DNA of 64,000 bases from Macrostomum lignano (taxonomy: Eukaryota): contig NIVC01001331.1 in assembly GCA_002269645.1 (NCBI GenBank), forward strand, positions 1 to 64,000, read 5' to 3'. This document shows, one piece after another, positions 41,700-54,238 of this stretch (its first letter is position 1; every line of letters starts with the position of its first letter). The position numbers and the translations under genes are program-made. The notes below the pieces were generated by a model. The model did no database searches, was not told the DNA's origin, and was given only the letters and a program-made list of their open reading frames with translations.

Positions 41700-43828
41700 G
41701 TCTCCAACTGACTGCGGCAGATTCTCCCCAACTGACTGCGGCAGGTTCTCCCCAACTGACTGCGGCAGATTCTCCCCAACTGACTGTGGCAGATTCTCCC
41801 CAACTGACTGCGGCAGATTCTCCCCAACTGACTGCGGCAGATAGCAGATTCTCCCCAACTGACTGCGGCAGATAGCAGATTCTCCCCAACTGACTGCGGC
41901 AGATTCTCCCCAACTGACTGCGGCAGATTCCCTCAACTGACTGTGGCAGATTCTCCCCAACTGACTGCGGCAGATTCTCCCCAACTGACTGTGGCAGATT
42001 CTCCCCAACTGACTGTGGCAGATTCTCCCCAACTGACTGCGTCAGATTCTCCCCAACTGACTGCGGCAGATAGCAGATTCTCCCCAACTGACTGCGGCAG
42101 ATTCTCCCCAACTGACTGCGGCAGATTCTCCCCAACTGACTGCGGCAGATTCTCCCAAACTGACTGTGGCAGATAGCAGATTCTCCCCAACTGACTGCGG
42201 CAGATTCTCCCCAACTGACTGCGGCAGATAGCAGATTCTCCCCAACTGACTGCGGCAGATTCTCCCCAACTGACTGCGGCAGATAGCAGATTCTCCCCAA
42301 CTGACTGCGGCAGATTCTCCCCAACTGACTGCGGTAGATTCTCCCCAACTGACTGCGGCAGATTCTCCTCAACTGACTGCGGCAGATAGCAGATTCTCCC
42401 CAACTGACTGCGGCAGATTCTCCCCAACTGACTGCGGCAGATTCTCCCCAACTGACTGCGGCAGATTCTCCCCAACTGACTGCGGCAGGTTCTCCCCAAC
42501 TGACTGCGGCAAATTCTCCCCAACTGACTGTGGCAGATTCTCCCCAACTGACTGCGGCAGGTTCTCCCCAACTGACTGCGGCAAATTCTCCCCAACTGAC
42601 TGTGGCAGATTCTCCCCAACTGACTGCGGCAGATTCTCCCCAACTGACTGCGGCAGATAGCAGATTCTCCCCAACTGACTGCGGCAGATAGCAGATTCTC
42701 CCCAACTGACTGCGGCAGGTTCTCCCCAACTGACTGCGGCAGATTCTCCCCAACTGACTGTGGCAGATTCTCCCCAACTGACTGCGGCAGATTCTCCCCA
42801 ACTGACTGCGGCAGATAGCAGATTCTCCCCAACTGACTGCGGCAGATAGCAGATTCTCCCCAACTGACTGCGGCAGATTCTCCCCAACTGACTGCGGCAG
42901 ATTCCCTCAACTGACTGTGGCAGATTCTCCCCAACTGACTGCGGCAGATTCTCCCCAACTGACTGTGGCAGATTCTCCCCAACTGACTGTGGCAGATTCT
43001 CCCCAACTGACTGCGGCAGATTCTCCCCAACTGACTGCGGCAGATAGCAGATTCTCCCCAACTGACTGCGGCAGATTCTCCCCAACTGACTGCGGCAGAT
43101 TCTCCCCAACTGACTGCGGCAGATTCTCCCAAACTGACTGTGGCAGATAGCAGATTCTCCCCAACTGACTGCGGCAGATTCTCCCCAACTGACTGCGGCA
43201 GATAGCAGATTCTCCCCAACTGACTGCGGCAGATTCTCCCCAACTGACTGCGGCAGATAGCAGATTCTCCCCAACTGACTGCGGCAGATTCTCCCCAACT
43301 GACTGCGGCAGATTCTCCCCAACTGACTGCGGCAGATTCTCCTCAACTGACTGCGGCAGATAGCAGATTCTCCCCAACTGACTGCGGCAGATTCTCCCCA
43401 ACTGACTGCGGCAGATTCTCCCCAACTGACTGCGGCAGATTCTCCCCAACTGACTGCGGCAGGTTCTCCCCAACTGACTGCGGCAAATTCTCCCCAACTG
43501 ACTGTGGCAGATTCTCCCCAACTGACTGCGGCAGGTTCTCCCCAACTGACTGCGGCAAATTCTCCCCAACTGACTGTGGCAGATTCTCCCCAACTGACTG
43601 CGGCAGATTCTCCCCAACTGACTGCGGCAGATAGCAGATTCTCCCCAACTGACTGTGGCAGATAGCAGATTCTCCCCAACTGACTGCGGCAGATAGCAGA
43701 TTCTCCCCAACTGACTGTGGCAGATAGCAGATTCTCCCCAACTGACTGCGGCAGATAGCAGATTCTCCCCAACTGACTGTGGCAGATAGCAGATTCTCCC
43801 CAACTGACTGTGGCAGATTCTCCCTAAC
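41700..43828. repeat. 24/31-bp minisatellite with ~974-bp higher-order repeat
   Basis: Unit TTCTCCCCAACTGACTGCGGCAGA with or without TAGCAGA. The variant pattern recurs at 41943 and 42917. Confidence 0.95.
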
Positions 43829-44434
43829 TGGTGCCTTTCACGTGACATCCACAACAGCGGAGACCCAGGAACCTGAGGCCAGGTTAATAAGCTTTCACTG
43901 GCTCGCTCACAACTGGATATTAGCCAAATTGCCTCGCCTGCAGCACGTGTTTGTCGTCAAATAATACAGAATGCCCATCTCATCTGGCTTTTTTGCCTCT
44001 ATGCTCAGGGACTTTGTTTCCCTACTGAACACAGCCCTAGTGAAGGCATCTCATCCTCTGGCTGCCATGCGGAACTCTCGGCATCCAATCCATCAGCTGC
44101 CGTTCTTGTTTGTCCAGACTCTTCTAGCTAGGGACGTTCCATTTCCTGCGGGAGGAAGCTGCCGAGTTGATGAAGCCGCGACACTGCGAACTCAGGAGCG
44201 GGTATGAGGGAGCTATGGCGAGACTCGGCAGCTCCGCCCGCCTGCCAAATTTGGAAAGTGGCGGCGCCTACTTCAATTTTGTTCGACGGATAATATTCAT
44301 CCGAGCTTGGTCGAACTTTTAAGCTGCCCTCGTTTGGTCAAGGCGTGATGTGTGCGAAAAGGGATGCTAGTGAATTTTTTTGGCTTCATCTGCTGCATTA
44401 GAAATGACTAATAATTAGAGTTCTCGAATGCTGA

Positions 44435-44640
44435 CATGCGCGAACTTAGCGTTGCTATGCGTGAACTTAGCGTTGCTGTGCGTGAATGTTTTGTTGCTAT
44501 GCGTGAACTTAGCGTTGCTGTGCGTGAATGTTTTGTTGCTATGCGTGAACTTAGCGTTGCTGTGCGTGAATGTTTTGTTGCTATGCGTGAATGTTTCGTT
44601 GCTATGCGTGAATGTTGCGTTGCTATGCGTGAATACTTCG
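44435..44640. repeat. 21-bp alternating (42-bp) minisatellite
   Basis: GTTGCTATGCGTGAACTTAGC alternates with GTTGCTGTGCGTGAATGTTTT. Confidence 0.9.
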
Positions 44641-44919
44641 TTTCTATGCACGCATAGGCAACATAGGTATCTAGAAGGACGCGAACGCACCCAATTATTT
44701 TAGAAACGAGCTGGGGCCGGTAAGGAAAGTACATTTGTCGTATCGCTATTGCATTTCATACTCTATACAAGAGAACGCATAGCGCTATATTGGGTTTTGT
44801 CATAGACAAAATAGGTCGACAAAGATCAGCGTTAGAGAAATCCGATTTCTCGCTAATTTCCGGCCCCAACTCATTTCTCAAAAAATCAAGTGTACCGTCC
44901 TTCTACTTTACTTCAGTTG

Positions 44920-45205
44920 TTCAATGCCCCGTTGCTATGGTCGTGTATCGAAGCCCGAATGACCCGTTGCTATGGTCGAGTATCGAAGCCCGAATGACCC
45001 GTTGCTATGAGCGAGTATCTAAGCCCGAATGCCCCGTTGCTATGGGCGAGTATCTAAGCGCGAATGCCCCGTTGCTATGAGCGAGTATCTAAGCGCGAAT
45101 GCCCCGTTGCTATGGTCGAGTATCTAAGCCCGAATGCCCCGTTGCTATGGTCGAGTATCTAAGCCCGAATGCCCCGTTGCTATGGTCGAGTATCTAAGCC
45201 TGAAT
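44920..45205. repeat. 35-bp minisatellite
   Basis: CGAATGCCCCGTTGCTATGGTCGAGTATCTAAGCC, ~8 copies. Confidence 0.9.
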
Positions 45206-46023
45206 GCCCCGTTTATCCGCACGCAATCATTTACTTTAGGGCGGCTTGGCGAGTGAAGAAGCAGTTGCAACTTCCAAGTCTGCGGGCATTTTGTTAACAG
45301 ACCTGTCGGACAAAAAGCAAGGGGGGCAGGAGAACGCGAATATGGATGAAAGGCATTTTCACTAGGCAGAGCGGTGGCTGTGCGCCCTGTAAAGGTGATC
45401 CATATTAGCGTCGCCAAGCATTAGTTTAGACTGCCGTCCGGCATGAACCAGAGATAAACACCGGACAATGGTTATGTCCAGTGGTACACTGTAAGTTAGG
45501 TAGATAATACTACGTACATAATCCTCGTACTTGCTATATAACCCATCAAGTATTTTTGTTCTAGTATTACACGGTAAAATTTTCATTGAGACGAGACCAA
45601 GCTTTATAATTTTATTGCCTATTGTCAGTTAATTGGTTGTTTTATTGCATCGCAAAATAATTCAAATTTCAGTTTGTTAAAATGATTGTCTATAGAGAAC
45701 GGGCGCAGATGTAAAGGAATTCTTAATTTGCTGAGACTAAAGATTCGTTTTAATGATTGTGCATTTTTAAACTGATTTAGCAGGTGCGAGGTCACTATGA
45801 CAAATTAAAAGACAGTTTTAATCCGCTAAAAGAGTAAGTTCAAAATTAAAAAGTTTAAGAAAACTGTCTTCAGAGGCGTCTGAGTGATGTCTTTACAGGT
45901 GTCTTTAGGCAGCTGGCGAGAGGCGTCCTTACGGAGGGAGAATTACAATTCTCTTTAAATTCATCTCATAAGAAGTCTTTAAAGTTTCTGAAAGTTTTCG
46001 AAGCGACATTCGCACAGGCGTCT

Positions 46024-46335
46024 ATAGATGTGTCTGTAGATGTGTCTGTAGATGTGTTTTTAGATGTATCTGTAGATGTGTCTGTAGATGTGTCTGTAGA
46101 TGTGTCTGTAAATGTGTCTGTAGATGTGTCCGTAGATGTGTCTGTAGATGTGTCTGTAGATGTGTCTGTAAATGTGTCTGTAGATGTGTCCGTAGATGTG
46201 TCTGTAGATGTGTCTGTAGATCTGTCTGCAGATGCCTGTAGATGTGTCTGTAGATGTGTCTGTAGATGTATCTGTAGATGTGTCTGTAGATGTGTCTGTA
46301 GATGTGTCTGCAGATACCTGTAGATGCGTCTGCAG
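46024..46335. repeat. 12-bp repeat (TAGATGTGTCTG)n
   Basis: About 25 copies. Confidence 0.95.
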
Positions 46336-46436
46336 AGGTGTTAAAGAGGTGTCTGAGAGGATGTCTAGAGAGTTGAGAGGCGAAAAATTGCCCATGTCTG
46401 ATCAGGTGTCAGCCATTCCGGTCCCAGCTCTCCAAT

Positions 46437-47566
46437 TTACACCTGCAGCTCGCAGTTGTTGCTTCTGGATTTGAACTTCGTCCGTCGAGTTGTCGCCCTC
46501 AGCGTCCGCGTCTCCATCCCGGCGCCGTCGCCGCAGCCGTTGCCGATTCCGCCACAGGCGGCCCCGCCGGCGCCGCCAAGCCGTCCCCTGTTAGCCAATG
46601 CGCCGCCGCCTCCGCCGCCTCCGCCGACACCGCCTCTGCCGACGCCTCGAGCATTGCCGCCGCCGACAGCGCAGCAGCGACGCAGGAGGTGGCCGGTGGC
46701 CCGGCGGAATCGGCGGGAGGCCAGGTTGTACAGCACCGGGTTCAGGCAGTGGTTGGCGTACAGCAAAATCGACAGGCATTGCGCGGTGACGTACAGACCG
46801 GCCTGCCCCAGCCCAGCCAGCAGGCTGTGAAAGCAGCTCCTGTGCGCCAGGCACAGGGCCAGACTGCGGTACGGCGCCACGGCGAGAAAGTACACGATGG
46901 CCACCATCAGGCTGAAGTACACCACCCGTTTCCGTTCGATGAGGGCGCCGCTGTTCACTCGGCAGGTTGTTCTCGGCGGCTGCTGAGGCCGCTGAGGCTG
47001 CCGGTCCTGCAATTGGATCTCCTCCTCCTGTCGGAAATGATGATGCCGCTGCTGCCGATGCCTGCGATGAGGCTTGTCCTCAGCCTCCTCGCCTCCCAGG
47101 CGACGGAATGAGTGGAGAAGTTTGTAGAAGATGGCGGAGTAGAGCAGCACGATGAGCTGCATGGGCAGGTACAGCTCCAGGCAGGTGTTGATTATGTAGA
47201 AGGTCTCCGGCGGCAGGCCGAGGATGCTCACCAGCCGCTTGTCCTCATCCGTGGCGTTCGGATTCACCGGCGACTGCGGCATGCCGCACACGTGCGACCA
47301 GCGGCCAGATCCGGAGCTGGAATTGCCTGCCGCTCTGTCTGGGATCGGCAGGTGCTTGGCGTTGGCGCGGATGAAGAACGGCAGCGTGACCAGCAGCGAC
47401 AGCAGCCAGAGGCCCAGCATGACGGCGGCTCGGAGGCTGGCCCGGCCCAGCAGGGTGGGACCGCGCAGCGGCATCCAGATCACCACCAGGCGCTCTAGGG
47501 CGATCACGGCGATGGTCAGGCTGGAGGCCATGGTGAACAGGTGCTCAAATCCGTAAGCCAGCTGGC
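46437..47566 (-). CDS. Rhodopsin-class GPCR 3 (TRH/ETH/ghrelin-receptor-like neuropeptide receptor), exon 2 (TM3-TM7, C-tail)
   Basis: Acceptor CCGCAG|GC, phase 1. Translates to TIAVIALERLVVIWMP, LLVTLPFF, YLPMQLIVLLYSAI, YFLAVAPY, LYANHCLNPVLYNLASRRFR. The subfamily call comes from motif recall only. Confidence 0.9.
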
Positions 47567-47588
47567 CTGCGGTTTGTTGTTTCAAGGA

Positions 47589-48300
47589 GGGTTGGGATGC
47601 CTGAGACTGGATTTCTTCTGCCTTCTTATTGTTGGGACTTGCCGTTTACGATTCGGGATTTGGGGTTTAGGGTTTGGGATTTGGGATGTGAGATTTGGGA
47701 TTTGGGGTTTAGGGTTTTGGATTTGGGATGTGAGATTTGGGATTTGGGGTTTAGGGTTTGGGATTTGGGATGTGAGATTTGGGATTTGGGATTTAGGATT
47801 TAGATATTGAATTTGGGATTTGAGATTTTGGGGTTGGGATTTGGGATTTGGGGTTTGGAATTTGAGATTTGGTGTTTTGGATTTCAATTTGGGGTATGGA
47901 TTTGGGATTTTGGGTTGGGATGCCTGAGACTGGATTTCTTCTGCCTTCTTATTGTTGGGACTTGCCGTTTACGATTCGGGATTTGGGGTTTAGGGTTTGG
48001 GATTTGGGATGTGAGATTTGGGATTTGGGGTTTAGGGTTTGGGATTTGGGATGTGAGATTTGGGATTTGGGATTTAGGATTTAGATATTGGATTTGGGAT
48101 TTGAGATTTTGGGGTTGGGATTTGGGATTTGGGGTTTGGGATTTGAGATTTGAGATTCAGGTTTCGGGTTTGGGATTTCAGATTTGAGATTTGAGATTCA
48201 GGTTTCGGGTTTGGGATTTCAGATTTGAGGCTTTGAATTCGGGATTTCAGAGTTAGTTGATTACTCTGGAGTTAGGATTCGAGATTTCGGAGTTGGGACT
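47589..48300. repeat. G/T-rich intronic repeat with ~323-bp tandem duplication
   Basis: The block GGGTTGGGATGCCTGAGACTGG... occurs at 47589 and 47912 among GGGATTT/GAGATTT sub-repeats. Confidence 0.9.
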
Positions 48301-48403
48301 GGTATTTATGATGTGGGATTCAAAGTTTCGTTGTTAAAGCATGTGGTTGATAATTGATTTAAGATTGTTAATGCTTTTGGAGTTGCACTGAGCAAGCACT
48401 CAC

Positions 48404-48647
48404 ACAGCAGGTCGGGCTTGTAGACCTCCTTGAACTCCTGCAGGATGCTGTGCGGCACGCAGATCAGCAGGGAGAGGAGGTCGGCAGCGGCCAGGTTCAC
48501 CAGCAGCGCGTACACCCTGGTGTGAAGCCGCCTAGTGTTCACGATCACGAGTATCACAAGCAGGTTGCCCAGCAGCCCCACCGCCATGATGAGAATCTTG
48601 GCGGCGATAATTCCAGCTGTCAGAGCCTGGGCGAGGTGCTTCTGCAT
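48404..48647 (-). CDS. GPCR 3 exon 1 (TM1-TM2)
   Basis: AVGLLGNLLVILVI..RRLHT.VYALLVNLAAADLL. Donor T|GTGAGT, phase 1, joins exon 2 to give DLLC-QLAY. Spliced product is 457 aa; the N-terminus may extend upstream. Confidence 0.88.
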
Positions 48648-49189
48648 CTTTCTAGGAATTGTTTTTGCCGATGGGATTTCAAAGAGTCTGCATGAGAGAC
48701 CGCCGCTAGCTGTTAGCTACATGTATTTATCGCTTTCTAGCTTTGTTCAGCCCGAATGCGCGGCCCGTCTATTGGCCCTCCCGGGCTTCTCGAGGTGCAC
48801 CGCGGGGGGGGGGGAGGACCAATGCGAAGGGCAATGCAATTCCTTATTAGAACTGATTCCTGATTGCCGGGCAGCCTGGTGTCAGTATCGAATATCCAAC
48901 TGGATCTGACAGCGGCTGGCTGGCTGCATCTCCATCAGCAAAGGAACAGAAGCAGGCGTCTGCGCAAGTCTCGATAATTTATAATGATGTACTGATGCAA
49001 GTGACACCAGTTTCTTTCAAATGATTTCCCAGGGTCGATTTTAATCTTTTGATCTTTTAATCCTCTGGGTATCGTATTGCGAGGCTCATAGCTAGTGCAG
49101 TTGAGCTTTGATTGACATTAAATTCGTATTATTAGCTGTGAGTTCATTTGGATTGAAAAATGAAGGACGCTCGGTTCTCTCGTTCTCTT

Positions 49190-49500
49190 CCTCTCCCATC
49201 TTACCTCTCCCCTCTCCTTCTCTTTATTCTCCCCTCTCCCCTCTCTCCCCGCTCTCTCCTATCTCTCCCCTTTTCACCTCTCTCTTCTCTCTCTCCTCTC
49301 TCTGTCCTCTCTCCCCTTTTTACCTCTCTTCTCGCTCTCCTCTCTCCTCTCTCCTCTCTCCTCTCTCTCCTCTCTCTCCTCTCGATCCTCTCTCTCCTGT
49401 CTCTCCTCTCTCTTCTTTCTCCTCTCCCTTCTCACTCTCCCCTTTTTACCCGCTATCCTCTCTCCCCTGTCTCCTCGTTTCTCTCCCTCTACCCCAACTG
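49190..49500. repeat. CT-rich low-complexity tract
   Basis: Nearly pure pyrimidines on the + strand. Confidence 0.85.
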
Positions 49501-49743
49501 TATCCCGCATTCACTTGCAACCAATTCTGGAAAAAGCAACTGTCAAGACAGAATATGTTAAAAAGAAGACGGCGCCAAGAAAAATCTTCCTTGGTCTCCC
49601 CCTGATAGAATTGTTTTGGCGCACTACTGCGCACTAGTAGTTAGTCTGGCATTTGTCAAACGTAATTATTTCTTTTTATTCTTTTTATTCAAAATCGAAA
49701 ACGCAATGAAAACTATCGATCTGTATAGTTCTGGCTGGAGTGC

Positions 49744-51156
49744 TTATCTGATCAGCGACTTTTTGACCGCAATTTCCTCCGGCCAATCGGCTGGGTTTTC
49801 CGGCAAGCGGCTGTCGCACTGCAGCAGATTCTTCTTGCAGAAGCGCAGCGTCCTGCCCGGGAATTTGGTGCCGTCCGAGGCGCTGCCGGGGATGTGCAGC
49901 ACCGCGCCAGTGTTGCGGTAGCGCTGCGCGTAGTCGGCCGCCGAGAACAGCGTGACGCAGCGGCCTTCGAAGCTGAACTTGCAGCCGTTCATGACGAACA
50001 TGTGCGCCCGGATCAGCCAGTTCAGGCGGTGCCGGCGCAGGAAATTGAAGCAGGCGGCCTTGGTGAAGACGTACGAGCAGCCGCGAGGGTTCGGCATCCA
50101 TTCGACTACGCCCTGCTGGCCGTCGGCGTTCGACGCGCTCTCCAGCATCGGCATCTGCGATAGGCGGAGCGACGGCGAGACAGTCGGCACGGCGGAGGTG
50201 GCCACCGTCGGCCGCATGGTGCCCAGGGCGTCGCTGACTGCGTTCCGCTGCTCGATCCACTCCTCCGCAGTGCTTGGATAGACGGCCGGGCTGGGCATCT
50301 CGGCCACAATGTCCAGCGCGTCCGACCACAACAGGTCGGCGATGAAATCGGACTTGCGAAAGTGCAGCGGCTTCGATGGCTCGTTGATCCGCCTGACCAG
50401 CTCGGCCTGGGACGCGGCGAAGCGCGGATGGTTGAAGTATGGCGACAGGCCGCCGTGGCAGCAGAAGATCTCGCCGTTGACCACCGCGCACACGGGCAAG
50501 TAGCAGAAGGTCTCGTTGAAGTAGTTGCTGAGGTTCTGCCCGGCTGTCAGGCCGAATGTAGCGATGAGCTCGTCCTCGAAGTTGAAGTACCGATAGATCC
50601 GCCGGTCCTCGTGGTTGCCGCGCAGCACAAACACGTGGCGGGGATGCAGCGCCTTGAGCAGCAGCAAGTACAGCACAGTCTCCAGCGACAGCGGTCCCCG
50701 ATCGACATAGTCGCCGAGGAACAAGTACGATCGAGCGGGCGGCCGGCCCAGCACTTCGATCAGCTTCACTAGCGAGTGGAATTCGCCGTGCAGATCTCCG
50801 AACATCACGATGGGGCCGGCCAGCTGCAGGCAGTTGGGCTCGGCCAGCAGCACGGACTTGGCCGTGGCCAGTGCGCCAGCAATCAGCTGGACGGTGAAGT
50901 CAGACGGCAGGCAGCGCTGCTGGAGTCCGGCATTGTGCAGCCGGCTGAACAGGCCGGCCACCGTCTCCGGCGGGTCGCTGTTGCCCGCGTTGCTGTCCGA
51001 CTGCAGCGGCGGCTGCTGCTCGGGGAGTCGTTCGGAGGAGGCGCTGGCTGTGTCCTCGTCCTCCTCCGAGTCGACCAGTCGCCATTCGTTCACCTCGTCG
51101 CTGAGTAGGGCGGCGTCCGCGCTGGCCGGTTTCGGGCTGGACTGGCCTGGTGGCAT
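49744..51156 (-). CDS. Intronless PPP-family Ser/Thr protein phosphatase (divergent PP1-like)
   Basis: 470-aa ORF containing GDLHG, GDYVDRG, RGNHE, HGG, LLWSD, RAH and FSAADY in the canonical order. Confidence 0.92.
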   Translation of the reverse strand: MPPGQSSPKPASADAALLSDEVNEWRLVDSEEDEDTASASSERLPEQQPPLQSDSNAGNSDPPETVAGLFSRLHNAGLQQRCLPSDFTVQLIAGALATAKSVLLAEPNCLQLAGPIVMFGDLHGEFHSLVKLIEVLGRPPARSYLFLGDYVDRGPLSLETVLYLLLLKALHPRHVFVLRGNHEDRRIYRYFNFEDELIATFGLTAGQNLSNYFNETFCYLPVCAVVNGEIFCCHGGLSPYFNHPRFAASQAELVRRINEPSKPLHFRKSDFIADLLWSDALDIVAEMPSPAVYPSTAEEWIEQRNAVSDALGTMRPTVATSAVPTVSPSLRLSQMPMLESASNADGQQGVVEWMPNPRGCSYVFTKAACFNFLRRHRLNWLIRAHMFVMNGCKFSFEGRCVTLFSAADYAQRYRNTGAVLHIPGSASDGTKFPGRTLRFCKKNLLQCDSRLPENPADWPEEIAVKKSLIR

Positions 51157-52164
51157 TGCTTCTTCGGCCGGCTTCTTCCTTGTTTTCCCAAACTGCTTTC
51201 GGCTGGATTAGTTTTTTTGCTGCATCCATTGCTTCTTTCCTCTCTATCCTCTTTTGTAGCTATAATTGAGAGAGGCACCGTCTCGGCCATAGACATAGTC
51301 GCGGACTCGAACGGTCTGATTTTGAAGGCGTTCCAATTTTAGGAATTCCAACTGGCAATCCTCGACCCCCCGCTGGGAAGGGTCCGAAGGAAGGAATCGC
51401 TTTTTAATGAGCCTTGATTTATCAGCAACGCACCCGTGGCCTCGCAAGCAATCTCTCCTAGAAACATTGCGTTCATCGTAACCATAACCCTGAGGGGGTC
51501 CTTAGACCAGCGGTCTAGCGCAGGCTCTGGTGTGCCAGCGACCCAGGCTCGATTCCAAGTGCAGTCATTAATTTGGGGCTGAATTGGAATCTCGGCTTGG
51601 CTCTGCTCGTGCAATTACCAGCCTTCAGGGCCAACCCCCAAGGCACAGTGAAGTTTACATGCCTAACGATAAAATAAAGTTAGGGCCGCTGTACACTCCT
51701 TGTGAGTGTGTGCCTGCGTACGTAACCGCGCTTGTATGCCTGCTCAGGGGAGTCGGCGGAATGGGCAGTAATGCCTCTCGCCGGTTGTGTGACAATGTTG
51801 CTTAAAGTGCTCCAGGGTGCACACAACCCCCTTGCCTCTATAATAAAAAAAGCCATAACCCTAACCCTAACCCTAACCGTAACTCTTCCCTTGGCATCTC
51901 AGCATTCCACATAGATCAAAGGCTAATTTTGAGCTAGGGAAATTTAATAAGAACTGATGAAATACAAGCTAATATTAACCATCTACGCAATTAGATCAGC
52001 ATTTTTGGGAGCGTGTTTACAAGAAAAAGTCTGCCATCCATTAGTACTTTAGGATTTTATCCCAAGTAAGCTGCTCAATTAGTGTCAATTAGTCCCTATG
52101 ATAAGCTGTCTTTGAGGCTGGATAAGGCGGAATTAATTTGCTACTCATGCGTGCCGCCTGACTT

Positions 52165-52431
<267 letters not shown>

Positions 52432-52989
52432 TCTTCCTTTGTCTCTCTCTTCTCCTTTTCTCCTTTTCTTCCTTCACTCTCCCTCCCCTCTCCTCATTTC
52501 CTCCTCTCCCCCTCTCCCCCTGTCTCCCTCTCTCCCTTTCTCCACTCTCCCCTTGTCTCCGTCTCCCCTGTCTCTCTGTCTTCCTCTCTTCTACCCTTTA
52601 ACGTTCTCTCCTGGTCAAAGCTTACCTGCAGTCACCCAGTATCAGATGCTGCAGATGCTGTCATTCCAGTTGCATCAGACAGGTGTCCTGACTGCCTGCC
52701 TGTCCGTCACTCTCAGTAAAAGATACGTGCGTCACGGCTTTTTACAGAGTAGTTTAGCCAGGAGATTAGCGGGAATCCGCGGCTTTGAAGGTGGATAAAA
52801 CAGACGATGAGGTAAACAGCCTCCTGTGATGAATCCTCATAAAATCAATCAAACCTGTGATTGCAAGCCGCTTCGGATTTTGCTGCTTTTTTCAAGAGAG
52901 CGGGGTGCCATTGCTTGCTGCTTATATTTAACTGCGTCATAAATTATTTCATAATTACGCTCGTACTTAATGACCTTCCGAACTCCAGG

Positions 52990-53860
52990 CCTACAAGCTC
53001 GGGTTTATGAAGCTTCCGGCTTGTAGAATTTTGGGTTTAGGAAACCTCAGGCTTATAGAATTTCGGGTTTAGGAAACCTCAGGCTTATAGAATTTCGGGT
53101 TTAGGAAACCTCAGGCTTATAGAATTTCGGGTTTAGGAAACCTCAGGCTTATAGAATTTCGGGTTTAGGAAACCTCAGGCTTATAGAATTTCGGGTTTAG
53201 GAAACCTCAGGCTTATAGAATTTCGGGTTTAGGAAACCTCAGGCTTATAGAATTTCGGGTTTAGGAAACCTCAGGCTTATAGAATTTCGGGTTTAGGAAA
53301 CCTCAGGCTTATAGAATTTCGGGTTTAGGAAACCTCAGGCTTATAGAATTTCGGGTTTAGGAAACCTCAGGCTTATAGAATTTCGGGTTTAGGAAACCTC
53401 AGGCTTATAGAATTTCGGGTTTAGGAAACCTCAGGCTTATAGAATTTCGGGTTTAGGAAACCTCAGGCTTATAGAATTTCGGGTTTAGGAAACCTCAGGC
53501 TTATAGAATTTCAGGTTTAGGAAACCTCAGGCTTATAGAATTTCGGGTTTAGGAAACCTCAGGCTTATAGAATTTCGGGTTTAGGAAACCTCAGGCTTAT
53601 AGAATTTCGGGTTTACGAAACCTCAGGCTTATAGAATTTCGGGTTTAGGAAGCTTCAGGCTTGTAGAATTTCGGGTTTAGGAAGCTTCCGGCTTGTAGAA
53701 TTTTGGGTTTAGAAAGCTTCCGGCTTGTAGAATTTCGGGTTTAGGAAGCTTCAGGCTTGTAGAATTTCGGGTTTAGGAAACCTCAGGCTTGTAGAATTTC
53801 GGGTTTAGGAAACCTCAGGCTTATAGAATTTCGGGTTTAGGAAGCTTCAGGCTTGTAGAT
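52990..53860. repeat. 32-bp minisatellite
   Basis: AGAATTTCGGGTTTAGGAAACCTCAGGCTTAT, ~26 copies with a homogeneous centre. Confidence 0.95.
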
Positions 53861-54169
53861 GTTTCGATTGATTAAATCTCTCGATTTTAATTCTATAAAT
53901 GGTTCAGAAGGTTTATTAATTTTTTTTAATTAAAATTCTGAATTTAATTTAAAAATTTGCTATTTTTCGAAGTCACGCAGACAGGCAGTCAGGAATCCCT
54001 ACATGACAATTATAACATTAAATTAATTTCCGACTGATGACCTGTTGGTTATTGGGATTAGCCAGAATGAGACCTGCCAACTCGCGTCTGTGTGCGTGAC
54101 CTACACAGGTAAGTTTGGCCAGATAGGAATATTAATGGCAGCCAGAAAACTCTGAATTTTTGTTTACAC

Positions 54170-54238
54170 CACAGATACTATAATAGATACTATATACTAC
54201 AGATACTATTAATATATACTAGTTATATAGTATCTGTG
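54170..54238. mobile_element. 69-bp miniature TIR element with 8-bp TSD
   Basis: CACAGATACTATA...TATAGTATCTGTG (13-bp perfect TIR) flanked by GTTTACAC at 54162-54169 and 54239-54246. Confidence 0.8.

Noticed and set aside
40269-43854. Overlapping repeat ORFs (also 56042-56640, 58515-59148, 59302-60792, 62117-63137)
   Set aside because: Open in several frames or strands only because the units lack stops; no domain signal.
51280-51310. GTCTCGGC-CATAGAC as another P-like left end
   Set aside because: No matching right end or repeated 8-mer was found nearby.
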